DNA of 64,000 nt from Eledone cirrhosa (taxonomy: Eukaryota): assembly GCA_964016885.1 (NCBI GenBank), contig OZ024744.1, forward strand, positions 68,138,001 through 68,202,000. The letters run 5' to 3'. Numbering within the stretch: position 1 is the stretch's first letter; each line of letters begins with the position of its first letter. Under the pieces are notes generated by a model, which saw only the letters and a program-made list of their open reading frames with translations, did not search any database and had not been told where the DNA came from. The position numbers were made by a program, and so were the translations under genes. This document shows positions 15,296 to 29,327 of this stretch, in pieces.

Positions 15296-16377
15296 CACGC
15301 ATATATGGATATACATATGTACATATATATTTCTTCTAATTCTAATTCATAATTTAATTCACTATTTAATGTGTGGAGTATCCAGTTTTAGAAATTCAAC
15401 TTCTCTTGTCTTTTTTTTTTTTTTTTTCATTATCATAGATAATTAAAAACAAAATTCATGTATAAACATATATATATACATATTATCTTTAAACAACAGA
15501 GAAAAAAAAATATTAAACATGGATTTTGATAAGATTTTAATTTCAAAACCAACTTTGTGCATACCAAGGTATTTTTTAAATATTAAAACTTTACATTCAA
15601 TTTTACTTGAAATTTATTAAAAAAAAAAAAAGTTAAATGCAATGGAAAAAAAAAAATTCTTTGCTTTTTTTCCCCCAATTTCAATAAAAATATATATAAA
15701 AAAAATAAAATAAAAAAAATGAAACATTTAGATATGTTTATAATGAACAAATAAGGAATGTTTTGTAAAGAGGGGAAGTGAAGTTCTCTAAGGAAAAAAA
15801 ATTTTGAACACATTATCTATATATGTATGTATATTACATATATATATTATATAATTAAATATTATATATATATATTTTATAAATATATATATATATATAC
15901 ATTATATATAATATATATGTATATTTATATATATATATATCACCAATTTCCTAAAAATTTTGAAATAAGAAAAAAAGCAAAGGAGACATTGAAAAAAATG
16001 TGTATTGTTAGCATTATATACACAGCAAATCCAATTAAAATACAAACAAAGAGCGCAAGGAATATAGTAACTTACAGTCTCATTTACTGTAAATCACCTT
16101 GTAAGAACAAATGCAATGTATTGTACATGGACCAAAATCTAGCACAGTGTGAAATCTGAAGAATGATGTGTAGTAAGATTATAAAAATAACTCCTTAAAC
16201 AACAGAAACAGTATAACACTTGAGCACTAAAACTTTCTGGGTAAAATTTAGCTGTGGTTAATGCTTAACCACCCTTATTAATGTGGGTATGTCTATATAA
16301 GTGAATATCTTATTTAACTGAACTGTTTCTGTTCCTCTACAGAAAATCATATGTATGTGTATATATATATGTATATA

Positions 16378-16443
<66 letters not shown>

Positions 16444-17072
16444 AAGATAACTTTTTATGATATATATAGATATATGAAGATAACTTCTTTTTATATTCTT
16501 TCTTTTTTGACTTATATTTCATTATTAATAGTAAATTCAATGTGAGAGTTATATTTGTCCTCTAAACAACGCCTTATTCATCTATTTTAATATATTTAAA
16601 ACCTCAGCTACTCAGTAGTACAGAACCTACATCAGAATATTATATAACTACAATACAATAACACCTCCCAGAATAAAACTGACTTACTTAACTCAGTCAT
16701 ATCTATTTTTATCAAACCTGCAGTGATGCCAAATGACATCACTGAACTATCTGAGCTTGTCTTGGAGGTGAACAAAATTTCATCTGATCTGAATGTCTGA
16801 CCACTCATCAACAACCCAGATCCTGTCAAATAATTATAATTATTTTGTATAATTCATGTATCATTAAACTGTGGGTTCTTTTGTTTTTTGTAATTTTAAA
16901 CCCATCTCAATAGAAAGCTACTAATTATTATTTTACGTACAAAATTTTAATTAATATTTTTTCCAGAAAAACTATTCAATACTTATAACTACGAGATTTC
17001 CGTGCTCCCTTTGGACAAGTTACAAACATTTACTGATGTGTTTTTTAAAATATAATGGTACACAATTCTTAC

Positions 17073-17185
17073 CTGGCTATCAAGACCAATTATGAACAAC
17101 ATCAAGAAGAACAACACTGCCCATAATGAGGATATAGGTAACCGGGAAAGAGCCTCAGGGTATGCAACAAAGGTCAGGCCAGGAC
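17073..17185 (-). CDS. SLC6 transporter exon 8 (EL4, TM8), last exon identified
   Basis: (G)[37 protein letters not shown]; ttAG acceptor, GTAAGA donor, 113 nt, phase 1-0. The eight exons total 1203 nt, which is 401 codons in frame. Confidence 0.95.
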
Positions 17186-17269
17186 CTAAAATAGGAGACA
17201 TACAGAAATTTATTTTATGAGAGTATTATTACAAGGAATCAATGATAAAACAAGTAAATGCCTCCCCCT

Positions 17270-17700
17270 TTAATCTTTTTGTTACCATATTTCTAATGAA
17301 AAACATTGCTTATGTGTTTCAAATTATTTTGAAAACAATAAAGAAAAATTTGGAAAAATTTTATAAAATAACTTTTCCACTTACATTACTCTATATACTT
17401 TCGTATTTTTGTGGTAAAGGCTTTATCTTACATAATATCGAATCTACAAGATTTTGATGTCATTTATTTTGAGAACTAAAGTTTAATGTCAATGAGCGGC
17501 CAGTTACAGCCAGTTTGAACAGAAAGAGGTGAAAGAAATCTGGCTGGAAACAGACTGTTTAAATGATAAAGGGTTAACAAGCTGTAGTTTGGAACATTAT
17601 TTAATCAAAATTCCTTACATAGAATTATGGGAGAAGGTTTTAATATTGTAAATGAACATTTTAAAATGGGCACTCTTGTATCATAGAACTAAGGCAGTTT
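17270..17700. mobile_element. Nested TTAA-type (piggyBac-like) MITE remnants
   Basis: Segment ~17368-17577, ending AAAGGGTTAA, matches the MITE at 34694. The flanks match the two halves of the MITE at 36622-36867. Confidence 0.6.
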
Positions 17701-18601
17701 AATGTTTCTATACTGTTGTAGTTGTTGAACCTCTGTCGGTTCCGATGACAAGTGATCCATTTGATTTAATCAACAACACAGCCTGCTCATAAAATTAACA
17801 TGTAAGTGGATGAGCATTTAACAGATATGTGTACCCTTAATGGAGCTTTCAATGATATTCAGCACAACACAATGTCTGACATGGCAGGCTCCTTGAATTA
17901 CAGGTACAACTCAATTTTGCCAGCTGTGTGGACTGGAGCAACAAGAAATGAAGTGTCTTGCTCGAGGACAGAATGTGGTGTTTGGACCAGGTATTGAACT
18001 CATGGCCTAACAATAGTGAGTCGAATATCCTAAACATTATAGCACATTAGATAAGTATGTTCATATATCTAATACCATTAGTATTATAAATATAACAATG
18101 TTAAATTAAGTACAGTTATGTGCCTTGTCTAAGAGTAAAAATACAGAGCAATGAATGATATTTGTATAAATATTAAAATTTAATTAGATAGAAAGCTTTA
18201 ACATTCTAAAAATCTATAGTGGTTGCTTCTGGATTTTATACAGTGTTGTTTTTTCTTTTTGTTTTGTTTTAATTACCCCCATTCAACCTTAATGATATGA
18301 TTATTATTTTTATACAAGAGCCTACATGTTTCTTCATATCATAGCAAGAATTTAAATGATATGCTTTTCACAACCTGTCTTCGTAATTGCATCACAGCAA
18401 GACCCTACTTGTTTTTAATAATGTTATAATAATTTTATAATTAATAAAGATAAAGAGTAATACATTGTTTACAACTACTAAAACATGTAAATCTAAAACT
18501 TTGAAAATTTTTTTTTTTTAGAAAATCAAATAAATATTTATTATGTTTGAATTTGTAAAAAAAAATGTGAAGTAACAAGATGAAATTATAAAATTGCTTA
18601 C

Positions 18602-18726
18602 CTTGTCTAACAACATTATCTACACTAACACCTGTTTCATGAGCCATGAACCCAAGAACAGAGAAGATGACAAAACCTGCGAAGATACTTGTAGCACAAT
18701 TGATCATAGGAACGATAAGTGCGTCC
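18602..18726 (-). CDS. SLC6 transporter exon 7 (TM7)
   Basis: [41 protein letters not shown](G); ttcAG acceptor, GTAAGC donor, 125 nt, phase 2-1. Confidence 0.95.
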
Positions 18727-19806
18727 CTGAAAAGATACAAATGGAAAAAAGAACCATAATTTTTTGCTTCTTCTCTTAGTGTTGGCTGCCTGACATACAA
18801 ATAAAAAAAAAAAGGTGGGGGTGGGTGCTTTAAAGAAAATCCTTCTCATGCCAGTATTAAAACAGGGGATATAAAATTGTAATAGGAAAACAAATATCTG
18901 ACATAGGCAATAAGTAAACTCTCAAATTTAGGGGTATGTTAATAATTTCATTAAGTATTTGACAAGTATTTTGTTTTATCCCCCCACCCCCATCTCCAAA
19001 ATGAAAGTAAAATTGACCTTAGTAAACTTTAAACTCTCTGTTACTAAATAACAACCAGATATTCTGCCTGTCACTTTACCAATTCCACCATCCAACTTTT
19101 ATAATATATATATATATATATATATACATCATCATCATCATCATCATAATTACTTTACATCCCCTTTTTCCTTGCTTGCAAAGGTGGGATGGGTCCTCTT
19201 CAGCACAGCATCACTCCATTCGTCATGGTTCTTCATCATCATCTCTGTGAGTTTCAGCTATCTGAGGTCAGCTCTCACCACTTCATGGTCTGCCTCTACT
19301 ATGTCTTCCTTCCACTGGGATTTCTTGGCACTTCTTCACCCAATGGTCATCTTCCATGCGCATCACATGACCATACCATTTATCTTACTAAATTTAAACA
19401 TTTGATCTAATTTTCTTTTATCTTTATCATTCCAATTTTAAGCAAATTTTTTTATTTGAATTTCATTTAGTATTTGGTGTTAGGAAGGGCATCCAGCCGT
19501 AGACAACCTGCCAGATAGTCCTATACAAGCGAGACACAGTCACCTGACCAATCTTGCCTTAAGTGGGACAATTCCCATCTAACCCATGCTAGCATGAAAG
19601 ATAAACGTTAAACAATCATGATGATGACGATGATTTTTTATTAATTTTTTTTTTGTTTTGTTTTAAATGATTACTAAATTAGGAACGCAGCACTATTAGT
19701 TTGTAAGGGGGTGGTGAATACTTCATTGCATGAACTGTCCTTCCTTAGTACATGATCAGTATTCATTTATCGACCCTCGAAGGAGTACAGGAAGACTCAA
19801 CCTTAA

Positions 19807-21282
19807 CCCTTTAGCATTCAAAGCGACAAAAACCGACAAGATTATGTCCCCTTTCATTTATTCAAACCGACAAAAACCGACATTTAATACCACACGGAGA
19901 TTTCCTTCTAAAAATAAACATTGACATCATCGAAATCTCGTCAATTCGAGATTACTGCGAGATAAAGCCCTTACGCGCGAAAATTAACTCTTAGTATAGT
20001 TTATAGTTAAAGAACTTGCGATAACACGTGTTTTTAACGTTGAAAGTGTAACATGGCTTCTGAAAGTAGCGACAACGAATTTGAAGGTTTTACGTCCGAC
20101 GACATTCGAGATCAAAAAGAAACAGAAGATAATATCAGTGATTTATCTTCAAACGAATCAGATATATTTATTTCTGATATATCTGATAATGATGATAGTT
20201 ACTTTGAAAGTGAAAGAGAAGATTTGACTGACACCATTGAAAAAACAGCAACGTGGTTGAAAGAAACAACATCGATACATGTTTCGGATTTTACTGAAAA
20301 TATTGGACCACAACACACATTACCACCCGATGCTAAAGCACTGGATTATTATTTTTTATTTTTACCACAATCTTTCTTCGAAGTTGTGGCAAATCGCTAT
20401 GCACAACAACAAATTTCTAATATCGGAAAACCCGATCTGTTATGGCGTCCGACAGATTCTGCCGAAATGAAAGCGTTTTTACCATAAATATTATGTTTGG
20501 TATTAAACAATTTCCACGACTGTGGAATTATTGGAGTACTGATATAAGGCTTGGTGACCCTTATATATCTAGTATTATGGCAAAAACGAGATTCATTAAA
20601 TTAAGCCAGTATTTGCATCTGGTTGATACTTCAAATGCCCCTGGTAGAAATGAATCAAATTACGACCCACTGTACAAAGTACGACCATTAATTGAAATAT
20701 TGTCAGAAAAATTTAAAAGTGTGTATAAACTTATATATTGGGAACTTTCTGTTACGTAATTTTACACCGTACATTTACAGAGTACATTGCCAATATTATT
20801 TTGACCGGTGAAAAGGTTTTATACATTTTTTTCAATGAAAATATTTGCCTGGAATGTAGAGAAAGACTAAAACCTTGTACTGATTACACCTGCATTTTTA
20901 ATTAATTCACCTGTTCGGAAAACTGCTAGAATTGATGGAAATCAGCATCTAGGTCATTATTGGATTTTTTTGCAACAAATCTAACAGATAAGGCAGATAA
21001 AGTTTAAATTTTTGTGTTTATCCATAAAGTTATTACTTTTACACCTGTTAATTAATTTCACCTGCCCATAAAAGTCAAATTTAACAAAAAAAAATCAGGT
21101 AAAAATATATAATTGTAAATTATAGTTATTTAAACATCTACTGACAAAATTTCAAGTCTGCACATAGAAAATTAAAGTAATTACAAACAAATAAAATTGA
21201 TAACCCTCTTGAGTATAATTAAGTGAAAATAATGCGAATAGATGAACATGACATTTGACAATTCAATGTGAATGCTAAAGGG
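19807..21282 (+). mobile_element. piggyBac transposon, internally deleted, in SLC6 intron 6
   Basis: TTAA TSDs at 19803-19806 and 21283-21286; 14-bp TIRs CCCTTTAGCATTCA / TGAATGCTAAAGGG. Transposase N-terminal half (acidic leader, EMKAF, YWSTD, RFIKLSQYLH, DPLYKVRPLI) frameshifted near 20480. Confidence 0.93.
20053..20750 (+). pseudogene. piggyBac (PGBD-like) transposase fragment
   Basis: ORFs 20053-20487 and 20442-20759; the sequence stops before the catalytic DDD region. Confidence 0.85.
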
Positions 21283-21604
21283 TTAATAGTAGGGATTTCA
21301 CTTGAAGGACACTGTAAATGGATTTAATCAAATAGTCTATGGCATTTTGTTTAACATTTTAAGGATTCTGCCACAATACTTTGGCAAAAGATTAAATATA
21401 TTTGGTGATAGAATGTAGATAATTAAATCAATTCCCAATATATTAGTGATTTTTATTTCATTGATACATAAGAGATGAAAGGCTGATGGAATTGGAACAG
21501 AGAACAGATATGTTTGTAACTAAATAAAACATGTTATTTATATAGCCCAGTGTTCTTACCATTTCAATGCACTTTTTTATACTAATATAATGATTTCAAC
21601 TTAC

Positions 21605-21708
21605 TTATAAACATTGTGGTTAAATTCATTATAACTTGCCATAGTTATAATACCACCCCATGCCATGCCTATGGAGTAGAATATCTGCAGTGCTGCATCT
21701 CCCCACAC
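21605..21708 (-). CDS. SLC6 transporter exon 6 (TM6)
   Basis: Not in the ORF track. [34 protein letters not shown](K); aaAG acceptor after a poly-T tract, GTAAGT donor, 104 nt, phase 0-2. Confidence 0.95.
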
Positions 21709-21926
21709 CTTTGAAAAAAAAGACACAGAGTCAGAGAGAGATAATTTATATATACAATATTAAATAAATGGAAACTATATTTATAAAACCATATTTATTT
21801 TATTATATATATTTCAAGGGCAACCAAGACAACATTGGCATGCTTTCATCAGATAAAATACAAAGTTTGTTTTATAAATAGAGACGTACCCATGAAAATC
21901 ATACCTTATCGGTTGGAAATTCACTG

Positions 21927-21980
<54 letters not shown>

Positions 21981-22299
21981 AAAGTGAGGTTTTTTTTTTT
22001 ACAAAATGAAAAATAACCGAGGTGTCCTACACAAGTGAAAGTATAAGGAAAAAAGGTGAAATTGAAAATGCAACTGGAGTCTTTTTTTTTTTTAAATATA
22101 TATATTTATTTGGTTCCTTTACCGGTTTCCCAGTTCTTCTGCTTTTCAAAAGTAGAGTTGAGATGGAGGGTCTGTGGTTTTTCTCACATATATATATATA
22201 TATATATACATATATATATCCTACACATGCATATATATGTATATATATATATATAAGCAACAATAAAAAATAACAAAAACAATAAAAAGTGGTACTTAC

Positions 22300-22434
22300 T
22301 TGGAATTTTTTAAGTTCTTCAAACCTGGGTATTATATAGAATTTGATGCCTTCTAAAGACCCAGGTAACGTCACCCCACGAATAAGAAGAATGAAGAGGA
22401 CAAAATATGGAAATGGTGCAGCAAAATGCATCAG
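22300..22434 (-). CDS. SLC6 transporter exon 5 (TM5)
   Basis: LMHFAAPFPYFVLFILLIRGVTLPGSLEGIKFYIIPRFEELKKFQ; ttcAG acceptor, GTAAGT donor, 135 nt, phase 0-0. Confidence 0.94.
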
Positions 22435-22933
22435 CTGAAATAGAGTGGAAATTTATGGATACCATTATAGAAAAACTGAAAGAAATAAAAAGATTAAGAT
22501 ATGATATGAAGAAGTAAACAAGAGGTCAGATTCATTGTATACCCCAGTGATTAAACCATCATCACACAAGGTATCATTCCAAGCTTGGGTACTTCATCCC
22601 TATTCAAAATAGGAATCTTTAAAACCAACTGGTGAAAGTAACAGACATATTTGAATCTCATTAAACCTCCTGAGCAAAGCATATTCTGTTCAGTTGTTAT
22701 AACTAAAAGTAATCGATATATTATATATTTGTGTATTTTGATGATTCCATTGTGGAACAAAGTTAGTATGAGGATGTTGACGACATATGGAGAAGGACTA
22801 GGAATAGTACTCACACACACACACTTTGCCTAACCGAATCTCACTCACAAGGCACTGAAAACCCAAGGCTGTAAGGCACCACTTAGTAGGACCATGCAGT
22901 TGCAAACTGAACACATTAATCAAAGCTATGCTT

Positions 22934-23017
<84 letters not shown>

Positions 23018-23607
23018 TATGTACATATACATATATATAATGTATATAGTGGTTTGATGGCTTGAGTACTGACCAGTCAGTGGTAACATGCTCATCCCTT
23101 GTAAGCAGGGAATATATATATCTAATGTTCAATAAGTAATGAGAAAATTCAAGAGAAGAATTAAATATTTAATTAAAATGCTACTTCATGGTGAAGTAGA
23201 CTTATATATCATGTATAAAGTAACTAACAACTTTCTATCTGTCTAGGTTGGAATGTAGTAGTGTACATGTCAGAAACAGTGTGAACTGATTTGCCAATCT
23301 GTTAACATTTTTATTTTATCAATCCAGGGAAGAATGAAAAACAAACTTGGCAAGGACATGACTTTAATACAGAATGGTTTCTGATTTAGGCAGAAGGCCA
23401 ACAATTTTTGGAAGGTGGAGAAACCGATTAAATCAACTGTAGTGTATTACTGGTGCTTATTTTATTGACCCCTGAAAGGATGAAAGGCACAGCTAACTTG
23501 GAACCCTGAACATAAAGGGTCATAACTATATACTGCAAATCATGTTGTCCGACGCTCTACAGATACTGTGAATCCACTGCCTCAAAAATAATAATAAATG
23601 TAATTAC

Positions 23608-23740
23608 CTTTCCAAGGACTTCAATTCCTTTGAAGAGACAAAGAAATACTATGAACCACGCCAAAATTAAGAACAATAATAACTCCCAGCGAATTACTCC
23701 TGGAATTTCAATTCCGCTAGTTATTTTCAGCACCTGCCGC
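23608..23740 (-). CDS. SLC6 transporter exon 4 (TM4)
   Basis: Not in the ORF track. (E)RQVLKITSGIEIPGVIRWELLLFLILAWFIVFLCLFKGIEVLGK; tatAG acceptor, GTAATT donor, 133 nt, phase 2-0. Confidence 0.93.
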
Positions 23741-25374
23741 CTATAAGAAAAATATGAAATTAAATTAAAATAAAATGATTGAAGTAAACCAGAGCTGCAC
23801 TGAGTTGCTGTTTAAATATAGTTTCAATTGTGTTTAAGTATGTGAGAGACAAATCTCCTCATGGATAGAAAACTAGCTTCTCACAAGTAACTCACTTTGT
23901 GTAAGATCTAGAACTTACTGCTAAGTGAACAAATGTTTAAGTGCAATTGAGTGTTCTTTCTCATATTTTTTGTTTTTACATACACACTATATACATAACT
24001 AAGGTTCTTATATAAAACTTAATCTAAATGAAAAAAAAATTAGCGAAACCTTTTGTGAATAAAATGCACAATGAGCAACTAATAGTGCGAACAAGTACAA
24101 AATGAAAGCCTGTAGCACTATGTATTGATTGAGGCAGGGAACCAACATTTGACAAAGCATACATATTAAGCATATTATTAATTGATTTATGTAATACTTA
24201 GCTATTACTTCATGCATACATTAACCATTAAATGTCCTATTTATTACCCAGGGCAGTAACTAAACGCCTCTAGCTGATTTTAACTCATGACAACACGAGA
24301 GCCACTTTCACCATCCCCCACAGATCTGCTGTCTGTAAATTACTTTTGGTGAGTGTTTCAGCAACTGAAACACCCACCAAGCAACTGTCAGACCAAGAAT
24401 AGCGACTGTCAGACCAAGAATAAATGAAAGTTGATTTGATAAGTGTATACAGGTAAAATTCCGTTATAACGTATGCCATTATAATGAATTTTTCAGTATA
24501 ATGAAATTTTTTTTCAATCTCCGAGATAATAACACTCAATTTGTTTCAGTCGATCTCATTGTGAAGAATTTTTCGTTACAACAAATTTTTTAAAATACCC
24601 TGTGAATTTCACTGTATAATATTAGGATGTCCCAAAATGAAGTGGCAGTAGACAAACAACAGGGACCTGAAACCCCTCAACAAAAGTTGGAACGATGTAT
24701 TGATAGATGCAACTCACCATGGTCAATGGAGCATTTAGGCTACCTCAAGTGTCACAAGACACAAGAATTTCAAAGTTAAAATCTAAGTAAATTAATGGAA
24801 CAGTGAACAGCACCTTTCTATAGTTAACGGCCACTCTCTCATTAAGATAGGTTAGCCAGGCTGGGTTCCTCAATCTGACTGGTTCTGTGTCTTTATCATG
24901 GTATTGGTGGAAACTATGTTTCAGCTCATCAAGGTTTCACTGGCAGATGGGAGTCGTTGATTTAGCTAACAACGCTATACAGAAGAATCTTTGGTGAGAA
25001 CTTCAGATGCTTATTTTGAACAGGAATCAACTGCCCAAAGTTGGCAACTGCATCTCATATGCTGGAGGATTGATCATTGAAGATATACGGCCAGCATATC
25101 TACTTGATGCTCTTTGGAGGCAATAATAGTACTATATACTATTGATCTATTAATTCATTAATGCATAAATCAACTGCAGTCATTTCTTTAATTGTAAACG
25201 CATAAGTTAATCTGCCCTACACATATACACGCAGACCGTATTCTTATGTTAGCAAGTAAAACATCATCTTTCACACATAAACCACAATATATGATGTAAG
25301 CTGAGGTACCCTTACATATATATAGAAGTATTGACACAAATGTAAAAAAATGAAAGTACAACAACAATACTCAC

Positions 25375-25666
25375 TCCCAGTACTCCTCACTAGCTGATAC
25401 TCTCATGGAATGGTTAAAAACATGGGCTACACTAGTGACATTCTGGAAAATGGAATAGGTACCGTTTTCAATAAAGGTACCATTGAGTGCAGTTGCATTG
25501 TTGTGATCGTCTTCGACACAGTACACAGTATTCCATTCATTCCCACAAGTACTCCATGGAAGAGAACTTCGGAATGACATGAAAAGGTAGTACAACGTCC
25601 AGGCGATGATAACATTGTAGTAGACGCACACAATTCCAGAAACTATAACCATTCCAACACCAATTC
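25375..25666 (-). CDS. SLC6 transporter exon 3 (TM3, EL2)
   Basis: IGVGMVIVSGIVCVYYNVIIAWTLYYLF...LPWSTCGNEWNTVYC...SASEEYWE; gcAG acceptor, GTGAGT donor, 292 nt, phase 1-2. Confidence 0.95.
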
Positions 25667-25785
25667 CTGCAAAAGAGAAAAGAAAACACATCATTATTTA
25701 CAACAAGTTGTTATCAAATTTATGTTTCACAGGAAATAAAATTGTGTATACATGTGAATGTGTATCTATGCACACATGTATGTAA

Positions 25786-25843
<58 letters not shown>

Positions 25844-25846
25844 TGT

Positions 25847-25907
<61 letters not shown>

Positions 25908-25916
25908 GTGTGTGTG

Positions 25917-25986
<70 letters not shown>

Positions 25987-25997
25987 CATTATATGTG

Positions 25998-26067
<70 letters not shown>

Positions 26068-26429
26068 ATCATCATCATTCATCGTTTAACATCCCTCTTC
26101 CATGCTATCATGGGTTAGATGGGTTTGTCCCATTTAGAGGCAAGTTGGGTCGAGTGACCGTGTCTCGCTCATATAGGAACAGTCTCTGGCTGGTTTTCTA
26201 TGGCTGGATGCCCTTCCTAGTAAAAACCACATCAAATGTATCAAGTAATGTTACTCCAAAGACCACGAGGAACCCATTTTGGCCACTTTTGGTTCACTTA
26301 TTACCCAAGAGTCATGACCATAGGTAAGGGTCAGCACAAATACCGAATTGCAGATAGCAAGTTTGGATTTTACACTTATCTCCCTTATTCTGAAGTTGGC
26401 ACATTATTGCACTACCTCTTATCTACCAG

Positions 26430-26610
26430 GGCAGTGGATTGGCAGTATCGGTAGAGGGTCGGACGACATGCTTTGCAGCATAGAATTACGGTCCTTTATG
26501 ATCTGAGTTCAAATCCTGCCAAGCTTAACTTTGCCTTTTCATCCTTACGGGGTCGATAAAATAAAGTACCAGTAATTGCTGGCCTTGTGCCAAAAGTAGA
26601 AACAATTATT
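26430..26610 (+). mobile_element. Second SINE family (core GAGTTCAAATCC...GGGGTCGATAAAATAAAGTACCAG)
   Basis: Same core at ~39430-39565 (+), ~61030-61270 (+) and degraded at ~23380-23580 (-). Confidence 0.75.
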
Positions 26611-26999
26611 GCACTACCTCTTGCAATTCTTGCTCTTAATTCAGCCTCCTTCCTTTCATCACTCAATAGAGTGTGCAGCTTAAACATCAGAGTGTCACCC
26701 CAGGTAGAGCTTCTACTTTCCCAAATTAAGCGAACACAACTCTGATACATGTGGTTAGAATGTCTAAGGACAGATTTTATGGCAAAACCAACTGCTAGGC
26801 GACCTTGGTGACTGAGAGTACAATACTCCTCCCTGGACAGGGCGCCAGTCCATTGCAGGATTAAACCTCCAGCTGCAGCTGATACTCATTTTCAACAGAG
26901 TATATTGGAGCAACGTGGAATGAAATGTTATGCTCAACATAATGCAACCCAGTCCAGAAATCCAACACACTTACCACTAGGCCATGCACCTCCAATATA

Positions 27000-27090
<91 letters not shown>

Positions 27091-27310
27091 GTGCGTGTGT
27101 GCGCGTGCGCGCGCGCGTGTGAAAAGAGTCAGGACCTCGACGGCTGTTTGAATGTAGCTGTTGAAATGGCCAGAGCTCGGTCATCGGGGTCCTGACTCTT
27201 TTCATATTACCCAATCTTCTACTCCAAGTATTGAGTACTCTGGTGCGTTATTGTCCACCTGGTATCTTACCACACCCTCTTTGTTATATATATATATATA
27301 TATATATATA

Positions 27311-27629
27311 TCATCATTTCATTTTACGTCCACTTTTCCCTGCTTGCAAGGGTGGGACGGGAACTGATGCTGGCTTGATTTCTACAGCTGGATGCCCTTC
27401 CTAACACCAACCTCATTTACAGTGAGTGATGGGTGCTTTTTTGCCGTGGCACCTCCACGACCACTTTGCAGTGGAATGATAGGGACCCCAGTTCCTATCA
27501 TCTCATTTCTACAGCTGAGTAAACTGGAGCAATTTGAAATAAAGTGGCTTGCTCAAGGAAACAACACATCACCCGGTCTGAGAATTGAACTCATACCCTT
27601 TCAATTGCATGGCCAATGCTCTAACCACT
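27311..27629 (-). mobile_element. tRNA-derived SINE, near-identical to 5900-6242
   Basis: Reverse complement matches 5913-6235 almost base for base (the spurious ORFs 5913-6152 and 27392-27739 share their first 47 aa). Confidence 0.85.
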
Positions 27630-27646
27630 TATATATATATATGTTT

Positions 27647-27678
<32 letters not shown>

Positions 27679-27906
27679 CGAGAGAGAGAGAGAGCGAGCG
27701 AGAGAGAGCTACACATACACACATTATGGTATATGGTAGAAATTTCCCATTTCACTCTCTTAGAGTTTAAATGATCTGCTACTGACAAATATCTTATAAA
27801 GAACAAAATTCTAACAATGCTCAATTCTTATCAACTTCACTCACAACAATTACTAAAATGATTAATACAAAATGAAACTATTTCAATATAGATCTATGTT
27901 ACTTAC

Positions 27907-28038
27907 CTTTAAAAAGAGGACTTATTCTCCATATTGCTATAGGACTGAGGCTACCAAACTGGGCAAACGATACTTCAAGGAAGAACAACGGGATACCACA
28001 GAGTATCAAGAATATAAAATATGGAATGAAGAAGGCTC
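27907..28038 (-). CDS. SLC6 transporter exon 2 (TM2)
   Basis: Not in the ORF track. Reads (G)[43 protein letters not shown](G); ttgcAG acceptor, GTAAGT donor, 132 nt, phase 1-1. Confidence 0.95.
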
Positions 28039-28141
28039 CTGCAAAATAAAATGGAATATATTAGATACATCATTTTACCCTTTGGAACAATTAGCATTCA
28101 TGTTGATGAGTGTGTGCATGTGAGCACTAGGATTTATGTAA

Positions 28142-28189
<48 letters not shown>

Positions 28190-28268
28190 ACGCGCGCGTG
28201 TGCGTGCAATGATGATGATGATGATGATGCAAAAAGTAAATGGAAACAACACAGTACAATGAAAATAG

Positions 28269-28304
28269 TCTTTACATTTCAGACACTAGTCCTTCATCAG
28301 AAGA
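28269..28304 (-). ncRNA. Minimal type I hammerhead ribozyme candidate
   Basis: Minus strand: TCTT-CTGATGA-A-GGAC tagt GTCT-GAAA-TG-TA-AAGA; 4-bp stem I, 4-bp stem II. Confidence 0.5.
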
Positions 28305-28365
28305 TAGAATGAGAAATAGAAAGATAGTGAGAAAAACTTTTTGGGGAAAATGTGTATACAGTCAA

Positions 28366-28413
<48 letters not shown>

Positions 28414-28615
28414 TTAGGGAGGGTCATATTGTTGTAATAATATTGCCAGAATTAATAACGGAACACACTCTCTGTTTGGTTGGTTTTCGCTTCTGTATCT
28501 TTTATCAGTTAATTTATTCGTTCATTGACTGACCAACGGTCAAAAGTATAGACACAAACACATATATATAGTCTAACAAAGTTCTTTTGTTGCACATTTG
28601 AAACATCGTCATATA

Positions 28616-28662
<47 letters not shown>

Positions 28663-28788
28663 AGTTAAGAACTCAGGATAGTCAGACAGTCCTATGCGAG
28701 CAAGACAATCACTCTTGCCTCAAGTGGGAAAACTCCCGTCCAAACCCATGCAAGCGTGGAAGATGGACGTTAAACGATGATGATGATG

Positions 28789-28820
<32 letters not shown>

Positions 28821-28969
28821 ATCTGTTATTTTAATAAATATTTGCTCTACGGTTCTTATATATTTGATATATATTTTCCTTATCGAGCCCTCTTTGGATT
28901 TTAGTCTTCAATTTTATTATTATTACTATATATATATATTCTAAGAAAAAATCTTTTCCGAGCCGTACA

Positions 28970-29114
28970 ATATAATTGAATAAACAAGAAAGGTTAACAC
29001 TAATATAAACATACATGTGTTCGAATCGTAAGGACCAAATCGCCCTAGCAAATTTGGTCCTTACGATTCGAACACATGTATGTTTATATTAGTGTTAACC
29101 TTTCTTGTTTATTC

Positions 29115-29122
<8 letters not shown>
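28970..29122. repeat. Perfect 71-bp inverted repeat with 11-nt spacer
   Basis: Arms 28970-29040 and 29052-29122 are exact reverse complements; spacer CGCCCTAGCAA. Confidence 0.93.
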
Positions 29123-29181
<59 letters not shown>

Positions 29182-29288
29182 CATATATGATGTATATATA
29201 TATATGTATATATATATACATATATATACATTTATATGACAGTGTTGCAGATGTGCAACGAAAGAACTTTGTTAGACTATATATATAT

Positions 29289-29290
<2 letters not shown>

Positions 29291-29327
<37 letters not shown>

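Noticed and set aside
16688-16822. 135-nt segment with AG/GTAAGT ends on the minus strand as SLC6 exon 9
   Set aside because: In the required phase 0 it reads DLGC*, and it has no SLC6 similarity in its open frame. A cryptic or poison exon cannot be excluded without RNA data.
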